Source of the DNA: Anolis carolinensis
Lineage: Eukaryota
Direction: 5' to 3'
Length of the DNA: 64,000 bases
NCBI RefSeq assembly: GCF_035594765.1
Contig: NW_026943822.1
Span: 18,871,769-18,935,768, forward strand
Shown: in pieces, positions 13,140 to 28,285 of the stretch
Layout: the number at the start of each line of letters is the position of its first letter
Position numbering within the stretch: position 1 is the stretch's first letter
Program-made: the position numbers and the translations under genes
The notes under the pieces: model-generated
What the model was told of the DNA's origin: nothing
What the model saw: only the letters and a program-made list of their open reading frames with translations
Database searches by the model: none

Positions 13140-13394
13140 CCTCTCCTTTGTTGCCGCTTGGCCCAATCAGCGCGCCGCCGCCCTCCGTGCCCTCCCCTGA
13201 TTGGCTGAGCGGGCCTTGCCCTATGCGAGCCTGGAAACGTGGCATCCCTTTGTCGCCGGCTCCGACTCGGCCCTCCCCCTCTGGAGATGGAACGCGCCAA
13301 TCGGCGCCGCTGAGGGAGAGCGCTCCGCCCGGACTGGGGCCGTACCATTGCCGAGGAGCAGGGGGAGGAAGGAGGGAAAGCAGGAAGGGGGCGG
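13140..13394 (+). promoter_or_regulatory. PPIB CpG-island promoter with three CCAAT boxes, GC boxes and an ERSE-like element
   Basis: CpG-rich; CCAAT at 13163-13167 and 13297-13301, ATTGG at 13200-13204; minus strand CCAAT-N9-GCACG at 13186-13204. Confidence 0.7.
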
Positions 13395-17927
<4,533 letters not shown>

Positions 17928-19992
17928 CTTTGTAGCAGCCAAATGGCCGAAGGATCTACCCTAGTTTGCAAAGGGCTGGGCGGGTGGGGGTGGGCACGCA
18001 CTCACACCGAGGCCTCCATGTCATCCTAACAGTGGTAAGCAACTGCTGCTGTCTTTTCCCTCTGATGCCAGAGGCTGGTAGTGGTGCTGGTGATGGTGGG
18101 GAGGGACAGTGGTTTTCTCCATTCCTGTTAACAAGAGCTCATTCCATCGGCCCCCATGGGCATCATAGCCCCTCACTGAGCAACTCGGAAACGGCTGAGT
18201 CTCTCATTCCCCTTTTTTGTAAGAAAGCACATGGGATAATAAATATGACCATTGTGTTTTTGTAATACTGTCTGCCTGGTCTGATTTTTCCCCCCGAGCA
18301 TCCCAAACAGAGCCGTTCTTCATCATGGTCTCTGTGTGTCGAACATGGAAGCATATAGGTCAGAGTCCCATCACTGACACACACAGAGTGTTAAGTTGCA
18401 ATACATGCTTGAAGCATTTTTATTGGATGAAGGTACAAAGGGGAGGTCCATACATATGACGTGTATGTTTTATGCATGGACCTCTCCTTTGGCAACATGT
18501 GTGCAGAGGATCAAGGTAGAGTCATAGAGTTGGCAGAGGCCACAAGGACCATCCAGTCTAACCCCGTGTCATGCAGGAACTCACAATAAATGCAGAAATG
18601 GAATAGTAACCAATGTGCATCACTCTACGCATTACAATTGCCTAAGAGAGTTTCAACCAATGACATTTACCAGTGGTTTCACAAGCTTGCACTATTGTGG
18701 ATTTCCAGTATAATAAATGCATAAAGCAATCAATAGATATTTGTGCTGGGAGTTATTTATGCTACACTGCAGTAGGATCTCAGCTATATTTTGCTTGGGC
18801 CATTTATGGTCAGTGTTTTAAAAGAAAACTTAAGAGGCATAAACTGCATAGAGATGAAAGGCCCGGGTTCCTATACTATAAAAACAGAGTATTTTGATAG
18901 GAAACATTTTATTCAGAATAGATCCAACAATATGCTGATGTGAAACACAACAATTAGTTCAGATAAAAAGAGAAAAATACTATGAACCTTTGCCATCTTC
19001 CAATGCTTATACAACTAAAACATCCAGCTAGACAAAACCACCAGTCATTACAAATAAAATGTTAGCTTTTGTACTTTTATCAAGGTACTCCAGTCATCGC
19101 ATTTCAAAAATGTCAAATAAAATGATTCATTATCAATATATAAAAGAAGTTTTAAGCACATCATCTTGTCAAGCCTTTTGCTAAACCTCTGACAGGCAGA
19201 AACTGAAACAAGCGTCTAGAATATTTAACAAAGACAATTAAGGCAAATGAACAGAAAATTACTCTTTTAAAGAGAAGCTCGATAAGTGCGTGACAGCACA
19301 AACTTCCAATGCAATCTTCAGTCTGCTTAGAAAGGATCTACTGGAAATCCATTTCAATGGAAGCATGACACATCAATAGCATACATAAAGCAATGCCAAT
19401 GTGCGTGCTTGAAAATTCCTGAGCTCAATTGACTGCAAGCTGGAACAATTGGGAGGGATGCTTAAAGGGCTATGATCTTTTAATAAGCAAGGCTTTTCAA
19501 ACCTGAGAAAAGAAAAATTGTTGAAGTTCTTACATATTGAATCTCCTTCCAGGAATTTGAAAGACTTCAAAAACTAAAATGTTTTGCTGCCCATCCCACC
19601 TCTGCCTTTGAGGAAAGGAATAGTTACATATTTGACCTTGGCCAAATTCTCTTCAAGGAGTTGAATCTGCAAATACAGGAATCCCCAAACCTGTAAAAAT
19701 CCAAAATCCAATAAAATAAAATCACAAATATTTCAGATGAAGGAGACTCAACCTGTACTCAGACAAGGAAATGCTGACCCTCCAGATGTTTTGTAATACA
19801 CTTCCTCTCAAAATAAGTGTCCTCTTTTAATATGTCTGTTTAAAGGCAGTCAGACACAATGACCCATGTGGTTTATTATCTATCCTGCATCTTTTTAAAC
19901 AAAGAAAAATAAAATATCTCTTGTTAAGATCAAATTTACATCAACTTAGAACTTCGATCCAATATTCTTACCTTACTTCTGGGATCATCTGT

Positions 19993-22900
19993 TTAGTACT
20001 CTTGATCTGTAGAAGAAAATAGTATCAGTATGTATTGCTGGTTAAATTATCCAATACTTCAAAAGCCTAGTGCCTAAATATTTGCAGCCACCAAAGTTAT
20101 GACAGTTCTTTCCAAATCTTTTAGAATCCAACCACTTCTTCATCAGCGCCTAGAAATATACCAAAATGGCTCAAGGGTTCATATCAATAACAAATAATAA
20201 ACATCTCCTCCCTTGGGTATTTACACATTTTAGGAAGAGATAAAACGCATACTACTACCAAGTAGTGATGTTTACACCAAAAGTACAATAAGCAAGAACT
20301 ATTCTGTATACTAACTATATAAATTCATATTCTCCTTTTTAAAAGAGAACTGTAAAAGCGATAAAACAGTGTTGCAAAAGACAACTGGAAAGTGTTGAAG
20401 AAAAAGCACTGCAATCAACATAATAATAAAAGGTAAACAGCATTCAGTGATGTATAAGCATAATTCAATGAGACCCAACAATGTGAGCTAAAATTTAATC
20501 TGTAAATAGATGGGTCAAAAACTTATGTGGATTATCAAATAGCTGCTCTGAGTCTCCTTGAGACAGAAAGCAAGATACAAATAAATAAATAAATGGTGAG
20601 CTCTACTTGTCTTTCAGGTCCTCGTTATTGATAAATTGCAATATATTAATATGTATATATTATGTATTCTATTCTCTACAGGAGGAATATACTAAGAACA
20701 ACCAATTCCCTATAATACTTCCACTGCAACCGTTATCTGTGTGCTACTTTTGGAACAAAACAATACGTAGGCACTTCCTCCCACAAGGTTGCATGTATTT
20801 CTATTTTTAACATCTTTAAAACGTCCAGTAATCCCTCCACATTTGCAGTTATAATTTTTGCATAAATTTGATGATGTTTTCTCTGGGAATCTCTGGCTCC
20901 CCCAGTGTGATTCTACAGTGAGCTTCCAGAAGTCAATCATGGTGTGGTGCTGGAAGTTCAAGAAATTCCTAAAGAAATGTTATCTCAGGTAAAAGCAAAA
21001 CAAAACAGCAATTTATTTATTTGCATTTAGGGTTCCTAGCAAATGTGGAGGGCTGACTGTCTATTTACCATTCTTCATAACAGGTACTTAGAAAATTGCA
21101 TCTTTTTGTCATCAAACACATCTAATTTTTGTTCAATTGGTAGGACACCATCCAGCTTTTAATGTTGAGCCTTCAGGAAAGGCAGACAATGTATTATTAT
21201 TATAATTATTGACACAAAGACACAGAATGACACAGCAAACAAGATATATATGATGGATTTCATATCACAAAATCACAAGTCAAACACTTCTCAAGTGTTT
21301 AGGACTGTTATTATTATTATCATCATCATTATTAGTCTGTTAAAAGAAAAGTGTCTTAGAAACCAGACTGGCAGGCCATTGTATTTTCCTTGAATGACTA
21401 TTGAATGAATAGAAAGCACCACTGTTTACAATGGTTCCTAAGAAAATAAAGGAGTGTCAAGGCAATGGCAGGAAGAGTCAAGGCGCGAAGCACTCACCCC
21501 ACGTGACGTTCTTTGGAGCGGTTATGCTGCTGTGCACCACAATACAGCTGTAATTACTTTTCCCATCAGGAACAATGGGAATATAGGCCAGAAGCTCAAA
21601 GGTCCAGTCCAGCCTAAAGGTAAGTTCGGTTGTCTCCACCTTCTCGATAAGGACACCATTCTTCTGAAAAGTGATTTTAATTTCGGGAGGATGGAAGCCG
21701 TCCACATAGCAATGGAGTATGTTTTTCTTGCCTTTCACTACAGGATTATAAGAATAGACCTGCACGTTGGGCTCTTCTGCGAGAAGAATGAAGAAACAGA
21801 AGGCAAAGTGTCAGTTATAGAAATAAAGATAGAAATAAAGTATTATTATATTATTATTATCATAGGTGACATGAATGAGGTCTCTGCCATTGCCTTCCTT
21901 TGCAGAACAGGTCACAGCACACACCAGATAATGACCAGTTTTCCCACAGGTACCGCACGACCTCTGAGGATGATTGCCATAGATGTGGACAAAACGACAG
22001 GAGAGAATGCTATTAAAAGAGGCCTTGATGGGGACAAAGGGAAGCAGCAAGGTTGGGAGCTCTGTCCTATAAAACCAGTATCAAAAGGTGCATCTACACT
22101 GCAGAATTAATTCACTTTGGCACCACTTTAACTACCCATGGCTTAAGGATATGGGATAGTGGGAGATTTAGTCTTACTAAATCTTACTAAATCTTACTAA
22201 ATAGTTTTACAAACAAGTCATGCCAGACTAATCTGATCTCTTTTTTCGATAGAGTTACGAGTTGGGTCGATACAGGGAATGCTGTGGATGTAGCGTACCT
22301 GGATTTCAGTAAGGCCTTCGACAAAGTCCCCCACGACCTTCTGGCAAACAAACTAGTAAAATGTGGGCTAGACACATTTAGGTGGATCTGTAATTGGCTA
22401 AGCGAACGAACCCAAAGGGTGCTCACCAATGCGTCGTCTTCATCATGGAAAGAAGTGACAAGTGGAGTGCCGCAGGGCTCTGTCCTGGGCCCGGTTCTGT
22501 TCAACATCTTTATTAACGACTTAGACGAAGGGTTAGAAGGCACGATCATCAAGTTTGCAGACGACACAAAACTGGGAGGGATAGCTAACACTCCAGAAGA
22601 CAGGAGCAGAATTCAAAACGATCTTGACAGACTAGAGAGATGGGCCAAAACTAACAAAATGAAGTTCAACAGGGACAAATGCAAGATACTTCACTTCGGC
22701 AGAAAAAATGGAAATCAAAGATACAGAATGGGGGACGCCTGGCTTGACAGCAGTGCGTGCGAAAAAGACCTTGGAGTCCTTGTGGACAACAAGTTAAACA
22801 TGAGCCAACAATGTGATGCGGCTGCTAAAAAAGCCAATGGGATTCTGGCCTGCATCAAGAGGGGAATAGCGTCTAGATCCAGGGAAGTCATGCTCCCCCT

Positions 22901-24125
22901 TATTCTATTCTGCCTTGGTCAGACCACACCTGGAATACTGTGTCCAATTTTGGGCACCACAGTTGAAGGGAGATGTTGACAAGCTGGAAAGCGTCCAGAG
23001 GAGGGCGACTAAAATGATGAAGGGTCTGGAGAACAAGCCCTATGAGGAGCGGCTTAAAGAGCTGGGCATGTTTAGCCTGCAGAAGAGAAGGCTGAGAGGA
23101 GACATGATAGCCATGTACAAATACGTGAAGGGAAGTCATAGGGAGGAGGGAGCAAGCTTGTTTTCTGCTGCCCTGCAGACTAGGACACGGAACAACGGCT
23201 TCAAACTACAGGAAAGGAGATTCCACCTGAACATCAGGAAGAACTTCCTGGCTGTGAGAGCTGTTCGACAGTGGAACTCTTTCCCCCGGGCCGTGGTGGA
23301 GGCTCCTTCTTTGGAGGCTTTTAAGCAGAGGCTGGATGGCAATCTGTCGGGGGTGCTTTGAATGCGATTTCCTGCTTCTTAGCAGGGGGTTGGACTGGAT
23401 GGCCCATGTGGTCTCTTCCAACTCTACTATTCTATGATTCTATGATTCTACTAGGGACTTAGCCTTACTGAGGATTCAACAAGGCTTTCCTAGAATCCTA
23501 GCATTAAAATGATGTCAGACTGCATTGGTTCTGCAGTGTAGATGCAGTCATTCTGTACATAGAAGAGGTGCAATATCAGCCTTTACCTCAAGCAGCTAGA
23601 AGTCTTGGGCTGCCCTCCATTGGAGGGCCATTAAGTGCCCACACTTCAATGAGTCTACACTGCAATATAACCCAATTCAAAGCAGATAATCTGGATTGTA
23701 TATGGCAATGTAGAAGGGGGCTAAGATGCATTAAATGTGCAAAAATGCAGCCAGCCCTTTCTATAGGTGCTAAAATAAGCATATTCCCAAGAACCAGCAA
23801 CCTTCTACAACAATTCTGGGTGTGACAAGCTTGTCTAGTGCTCCTAATAACAATAGCATAATATTATTAGCATACTAATACTATAATATATTGAATATAC
23901 ATATAATATTGATAATATAATGTAATAAAATAAAATATAATACACTATTATAATTGTATATTATATATTACATGTTATATTACTAATAATATTGCAATAT
24001 AGTGGTATAGTACAGTATATAATGCTTATATTGTGCTATGCTAATATAATTTATTGTATGTACATATAACTTGTAAGCTGCCCTGAGTCCTCTTCAGGGT
24101 GAGAAGAGTGGGATATAAATGTCGC

Positions 24126-24158
<33 letters not shown>

Positions 24159-25433
24159 GGAGAAGACCTGGCTATGGCTCACGAATGGGACCCTGAAGAA
24201 GGAGACAGAAGGCCTGATCCTTGCAGCCCAGGAGCAAGCCATCAGGACAAAGGCAATAAAGGCCAAGATCGAAAAATCAGCTGATGACCCAAAATGCAGA
24301 CTGTGCAAGGAAGCTGACGAAACCATTGATCATATCCTCAGCTGCTGTAAGAAAATCACACAGACAGACTACAAACAAAGGCACAACTATGTGGCCCAAA
24401 TGATTCATTGGAACTTATGCCTCAAGTACCACCTCCCAGCAGTAAAGAACTGGTGGGATCACAAACCTGCAAAAGTATTGGAAAATGAGCAGGCAAAGAT
24501 ACTGTGGGACTTCCGAATCCAGACTGACAAAGTTCTGGAACACAACACAGCAGACATCACAGTTGTGGAAAAGAAAAAGTTTTGGATCATTGATGTTGCC
24601 ATCCCAGGTGACAGTCGCATTGACGAAAAACAACAGGAAAAACTCAGCCGCTATCAGGACCTCAAGATTGAACTTCAAAGACTCTGGCAGAAACCAGTAC
24701 AGGTGGTCCCGGTGGTGATGGGCACATTGGGTGCCGTGCCAAAAGATCTCAGCCGGCATTTGGAAACAATAGACAGTGACAAAATTACAATCTGTCAACT
24801 GCAAAAGGCCACCTGACTGGGATCTGCACGCATCATCCGAAAATACATCACACAGTCCTAGACACTTGGGAAGTGTTCGACTTGTGATTTTGTGATATGA
24901 AATCCAGCATATCTATCTTGTTTGCTGTGTCATACAACGTCGTTGTGTCAATAATAATAATAATAATAATGATAATAATAATAATAATAATGCTTCTGGG
25001 ACATGGCCATACAGCCCGGAAAATGCACAACAACCCAATCAATTAATATATTGAAATCCACAAGTATGTGGGCAATTTCTACATGAAAGGAACACCATCT
25101 GGCTACCAGTTTGACAAGCCCTGATCTCATCTACACTATTGAATTTTGCAGTTTGATACCACGGTAACTGTTGTGAGAGTTGTGGTTTGATGAAACATCA
25201 GCCCTTTCTGGCACAGAAGGCTATGAAGCAGGCCTGGGCCAACTCCGGCCCTCCACGTGTTTTGGGGGGCTTCAGCTCCCACAATTAGAGGGCCGGAAGT
25301 TGGCCCCGGCCTGGGACACAGGAAGTTAAGAAGTTAACACCTGATGTATTATGGTATTTTCAAAGAGAGGAATACTTAGGATGGCTTCGAGGACTGCGCT
25401 GCAGAGCAGGAAGGCCAAGCAGGGCAGGAACAT
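19993..25433 (-). CDS. B2M: Beta-2-microglobulin, 116 aa, 3 coding exons
   Basis: Exons 25433-25376 ([19 protein letters not shown]), 21776-21498 (279 nt; [44 protein letters not shown]) and 20006-19993 (DQEY*). Phase-1 introns and exon sizes match the canonical B2M structure. Probable 3' UTR exon from ~19690, with poly(A) signals at 18908-18913 and 18419-18424 (minus strand). Confidence 0.95.
21195..21335 (-). mobile_element. R4/Dong-type retrotransposon 3' tip in a (TAA)n tract
   Basis: Reverse complement of 24850-24950, flanked by TTA repeats. Confidence 0.75.
22089..23546. mobile_element. MITE with 18-bp TIR TGCATCTACACTGCAGAA, split by a CR1 insertion
   Basis: 22089-22106 and 23529-23546 are perfect reverse complements. 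Confidence 0.65.
22210..23450 (+). mobile_element. CR1 LINE, 5'-truncated, young (RT domain nearly intact)
   Basis: ORFs 22284-22979 and 22915-23361 carry [31 protein letters not shown] and FADD; one frameshift near 22900; (ATTCTATG)n tail. Confidence 0.95.
24159..24950 (+). mobile_element. R4-clade (Dong/Rex6-like) non-LTR retrotransposon 3' fragment with CCHC knuckle and restriction-like endonuclease
   Basis: [60 protein letters not shown]; (TAA)n on both flanks. Confidence 0.85.
25229..25313. mobile_element. Short, internally deleted hAT MITE in B2M intron 1
   Basis: caggcctgggccaact...ttggccccggcctg inverted ends, same family as 44656-44849. Confidence 0.6.
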
Positions 25434-25535
25434 AGCTCAAGCCTCGGGGGAGGGCAGCAAGACGACCCCCGCCTCTTCTTCAGCCTCCTTCGATGCCTCT
25501 GAACCGAAGCAAGCCAGTGCAACGCCTGGAACTCC

Positions 25536-25620
25536 GGGGGCTTCCGTTGCGGCCAATGGGAGTAAGTCATCCTTCCGCATCATTAGTAGCCGGGCAGATG
25601 TTTCCTTCAAGCGCATGCGC
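25536..25620 (-). promoter_or_regulatory. B2M promoter: X1/X2-Y module, NRF1-type palindrome, kB-like site
   Basis: Minus strand CCCGGCTACTAATG (25594-25581) + 20 nt + CCCATTGG (CCAAT at 25553-25557); GCGCATGCGC at 25611-25620; GGGGGCTTCC at 25536-25545. Confidence 0.65.
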
Positions 25621-25649
25621 ACTCTCGAGATTGGAGGATTTCATGGATT

Positions 25650-26451
25650 TGGATCTACACGCCAAATAATGCAGTTTGAAACTGTATATAGTCTCATTCA
25701 TATAGATATAGACATATAGTATTACATATATATAGGTATGCATGCTTACACACACAGCCATTGTATGAGGCTGGATCTATATTGCCAAGTAATGCAGTTT
25801 GAAACTGCATATAGTCTCATATAGATACAAATATAAATATAGATTTTATATATATATACACACAAAACTATTGTATGAGGCTAGATATACATTGCCAAGT
25901 AATGCAGTTTGAAACTGCATATAGTCTCATTCAGATATAGATACAGATATAGAATATATACACACGCGCACACACACACACAAGTGTTGTATGAGGCTAA
26001 ATATACATTGCCAAGTTATATAGATATAGTTAGATATATATAGATATAGATATAGATGTATGTATGTGTATACACACACACACACACACAGCCATTGTAT
26101 GAGGCTGGATCTACATTGCCAAGTAATGCGGTTTGAAACTGCATATAGTCTCATTCAGATACAGATATAGATTATATATACACACACACACACATACAAG
26201 TATTGTATGAGGCTAGATATACATTGCCAAGTAATGTAGTTTCAAACTGCATATGGTCTCATTCATATAAATATATATAGTTATATACACACACACATAC
26301 ACACACACAGCCATTGGATAAGGCTGGAGCTACATTGCCAAGTAATGCAATTTCAAACTGCATATGGCCTCATTCATATACATACACACACCCATTGTAT
26401 GAGGCTGAATTTTACACTGCCATATAATGAAGTTTGAAGTATAATGCAGTA

Positions 26452-26527
<76 letters not shown>

Positions 26528-26947
26528 TGGCCTAAGGGCTAATCAATAAAATTTATTATTATAGCTATAATATATATATATAGATATAGATTATATTGTG
26601 AAATGGCTATAGAAATATATAGAGAGACATAGTATATTATGATATGGTCTAAGGGCTAATTAATAAAATGTATTATTATAGATATAATATAGACAGATAT
26701 ATAGTATATTGTGATATGGCCTAAGGGCTAATCAATAAAATTTATTATTATAGCTATAGTATATATATATAGATATAGATTATATTGTGAAATGGCTATA
26801 GAAATATATATAGAGACATAGTATATTATGATATGGTCTAAGGGCTAATTAATAAAATGTATTATTATAGATATAATATAGACAGATATATAGTATATTG
26901 TGATATGGCCTAAGGGCTAATCAATAAATTTTTTTATTATAGATATA

Positions 26948-26986
<39 letters not shown>

Positions 26987-27328
26987 TAGATATATAGAGA
27001 CCTAGTATATTGTGATATGGCCTAAAGGCTAACCAATATTTTTTTATTACACTGTGTGTGTGTATATATATATACAGACACACACACACACACAACCGTT
27101 GTATGAGACTGGATCTACACTGCCAAATAATGCAGTTTGAAAGTGCATATGGTCTCATTCAAAAATATTGAGATATAGATATATAGTATATTGCAATATG
27201 GCCAAAGGGCTTATAAATAAAATTAATTATTATAGTTATAGTATATATGTATATAGAGATAGATATAGTATATTGTGATATGGCCTAAGGGCTAATCAAT
27301 AACATTTATTACTATAGATATAGATACA
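25650..27328. repeat. Compound satellite between B2M and PATL2
   Basis: ~110-120-bp units (ggatctacattgccaagtaatgcagtttgaaactgcatat + CA/TA microsatellites); second unit gatatggcctaagggctaatcaataaa; (TG)n(TA)n at 26452-26521; (GATA)n at 26951-26985. Confidence 0.9.
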
Positions 27329-27917
27329 CAGTAGAGTCTCGCTTATCCAAGCTAAACGGGCCGGCAGAACCTTGGATAAGCAAATATGTTGGATAATAAG
27401 GAGAGATTAAGGAAAAGCCTATTAAACATCAAAATAGGTTATGATTTTACAAATGAAGCACCAAAACATCATGTTATACAACAAATTTGACAGAAAAAGT
27501 AGTTCAATACCCAGTAATGCTATGTAGTAATTACTGTATTTACGAATTTAGCACCAAAATATCACAATGCATCGAAAATATTGACTACAAAAATGCATTG
27601 GATAATTCAGAATGTTGGATAAGTGTTTTTAATACCTATTTTTAAATACCTATTTTGTTTAATACCTATTATTTAATACCTATTTTGTTTAATACCTATC
27701 ATGTTTTTAATACCTATTTTGTATGCTGACCTTTTATGACTGTTTTTATTAATATTGCTGTTTTTATTGTTGATTGATTTGTTTTATTGCATTGTGTGCT
27801 TTTATATTGTTATGTCCGGGCATGGCCCCATGTAAGCCGCCCCGATTCCCTTCAGGGAGATGGGGCGGGGTATAAGATTAAAGTTATTATTTATTATTAT
27901 TAAGTGAGACTCTACTG
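27329..27917. mobile_element. Tc1/mariner MITE interrupted by an L2-type 3' tail (27626-27900)
   Basis: TIRs at both ends; TAAGTG duplicated at 27620-27625 and 27901-27906 around the insert. Confidence 0.75.
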
Positions 27918-28285
27918 TATATAGAGATATAGATAGTATTTTGTGATACGGCCTAAGGGCTAATCAATAACATTTATTATTATAGATATATAGATATTTA
28001 GTATATCTTAAGCGGCTGAGGGGGGAAAGGAAGGGGCCTGAGGCTGTGAGGAATGGTGGGAGTTGAAGTCCTACTATTCCTCACAACAGGCCCAAATCCT
28101 TCTGTAAACTTGCAGCAGCCATGAAGCCTTTTTCCTTCTTTCTAACAGGCACATTTGTTAATAATATAGGGATATTGGCTCTAATGAAGGTCAAGCAGCC
28201 ACTGCCCCGCCTTCAGGAAACTGGTTTAAAAGAGTGGGAATGGAGGCAAAAAGACAAGCGTGAGGGAAGAGGAGAGAGAGGCGTC

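Noticed and set aside
21454-22110. 218-aa + strand ORF
   Set aside because: Antisense shadow of B2M exon 2 plus intron; no homology recognised
25650-26420. Regularly spaced repeats with variable spacers resembling a CRISPR array
   Set aside because: The spacers are CA/TA microsatellites, the context is eukaryotic, and there are no cas genes; it is a satellite
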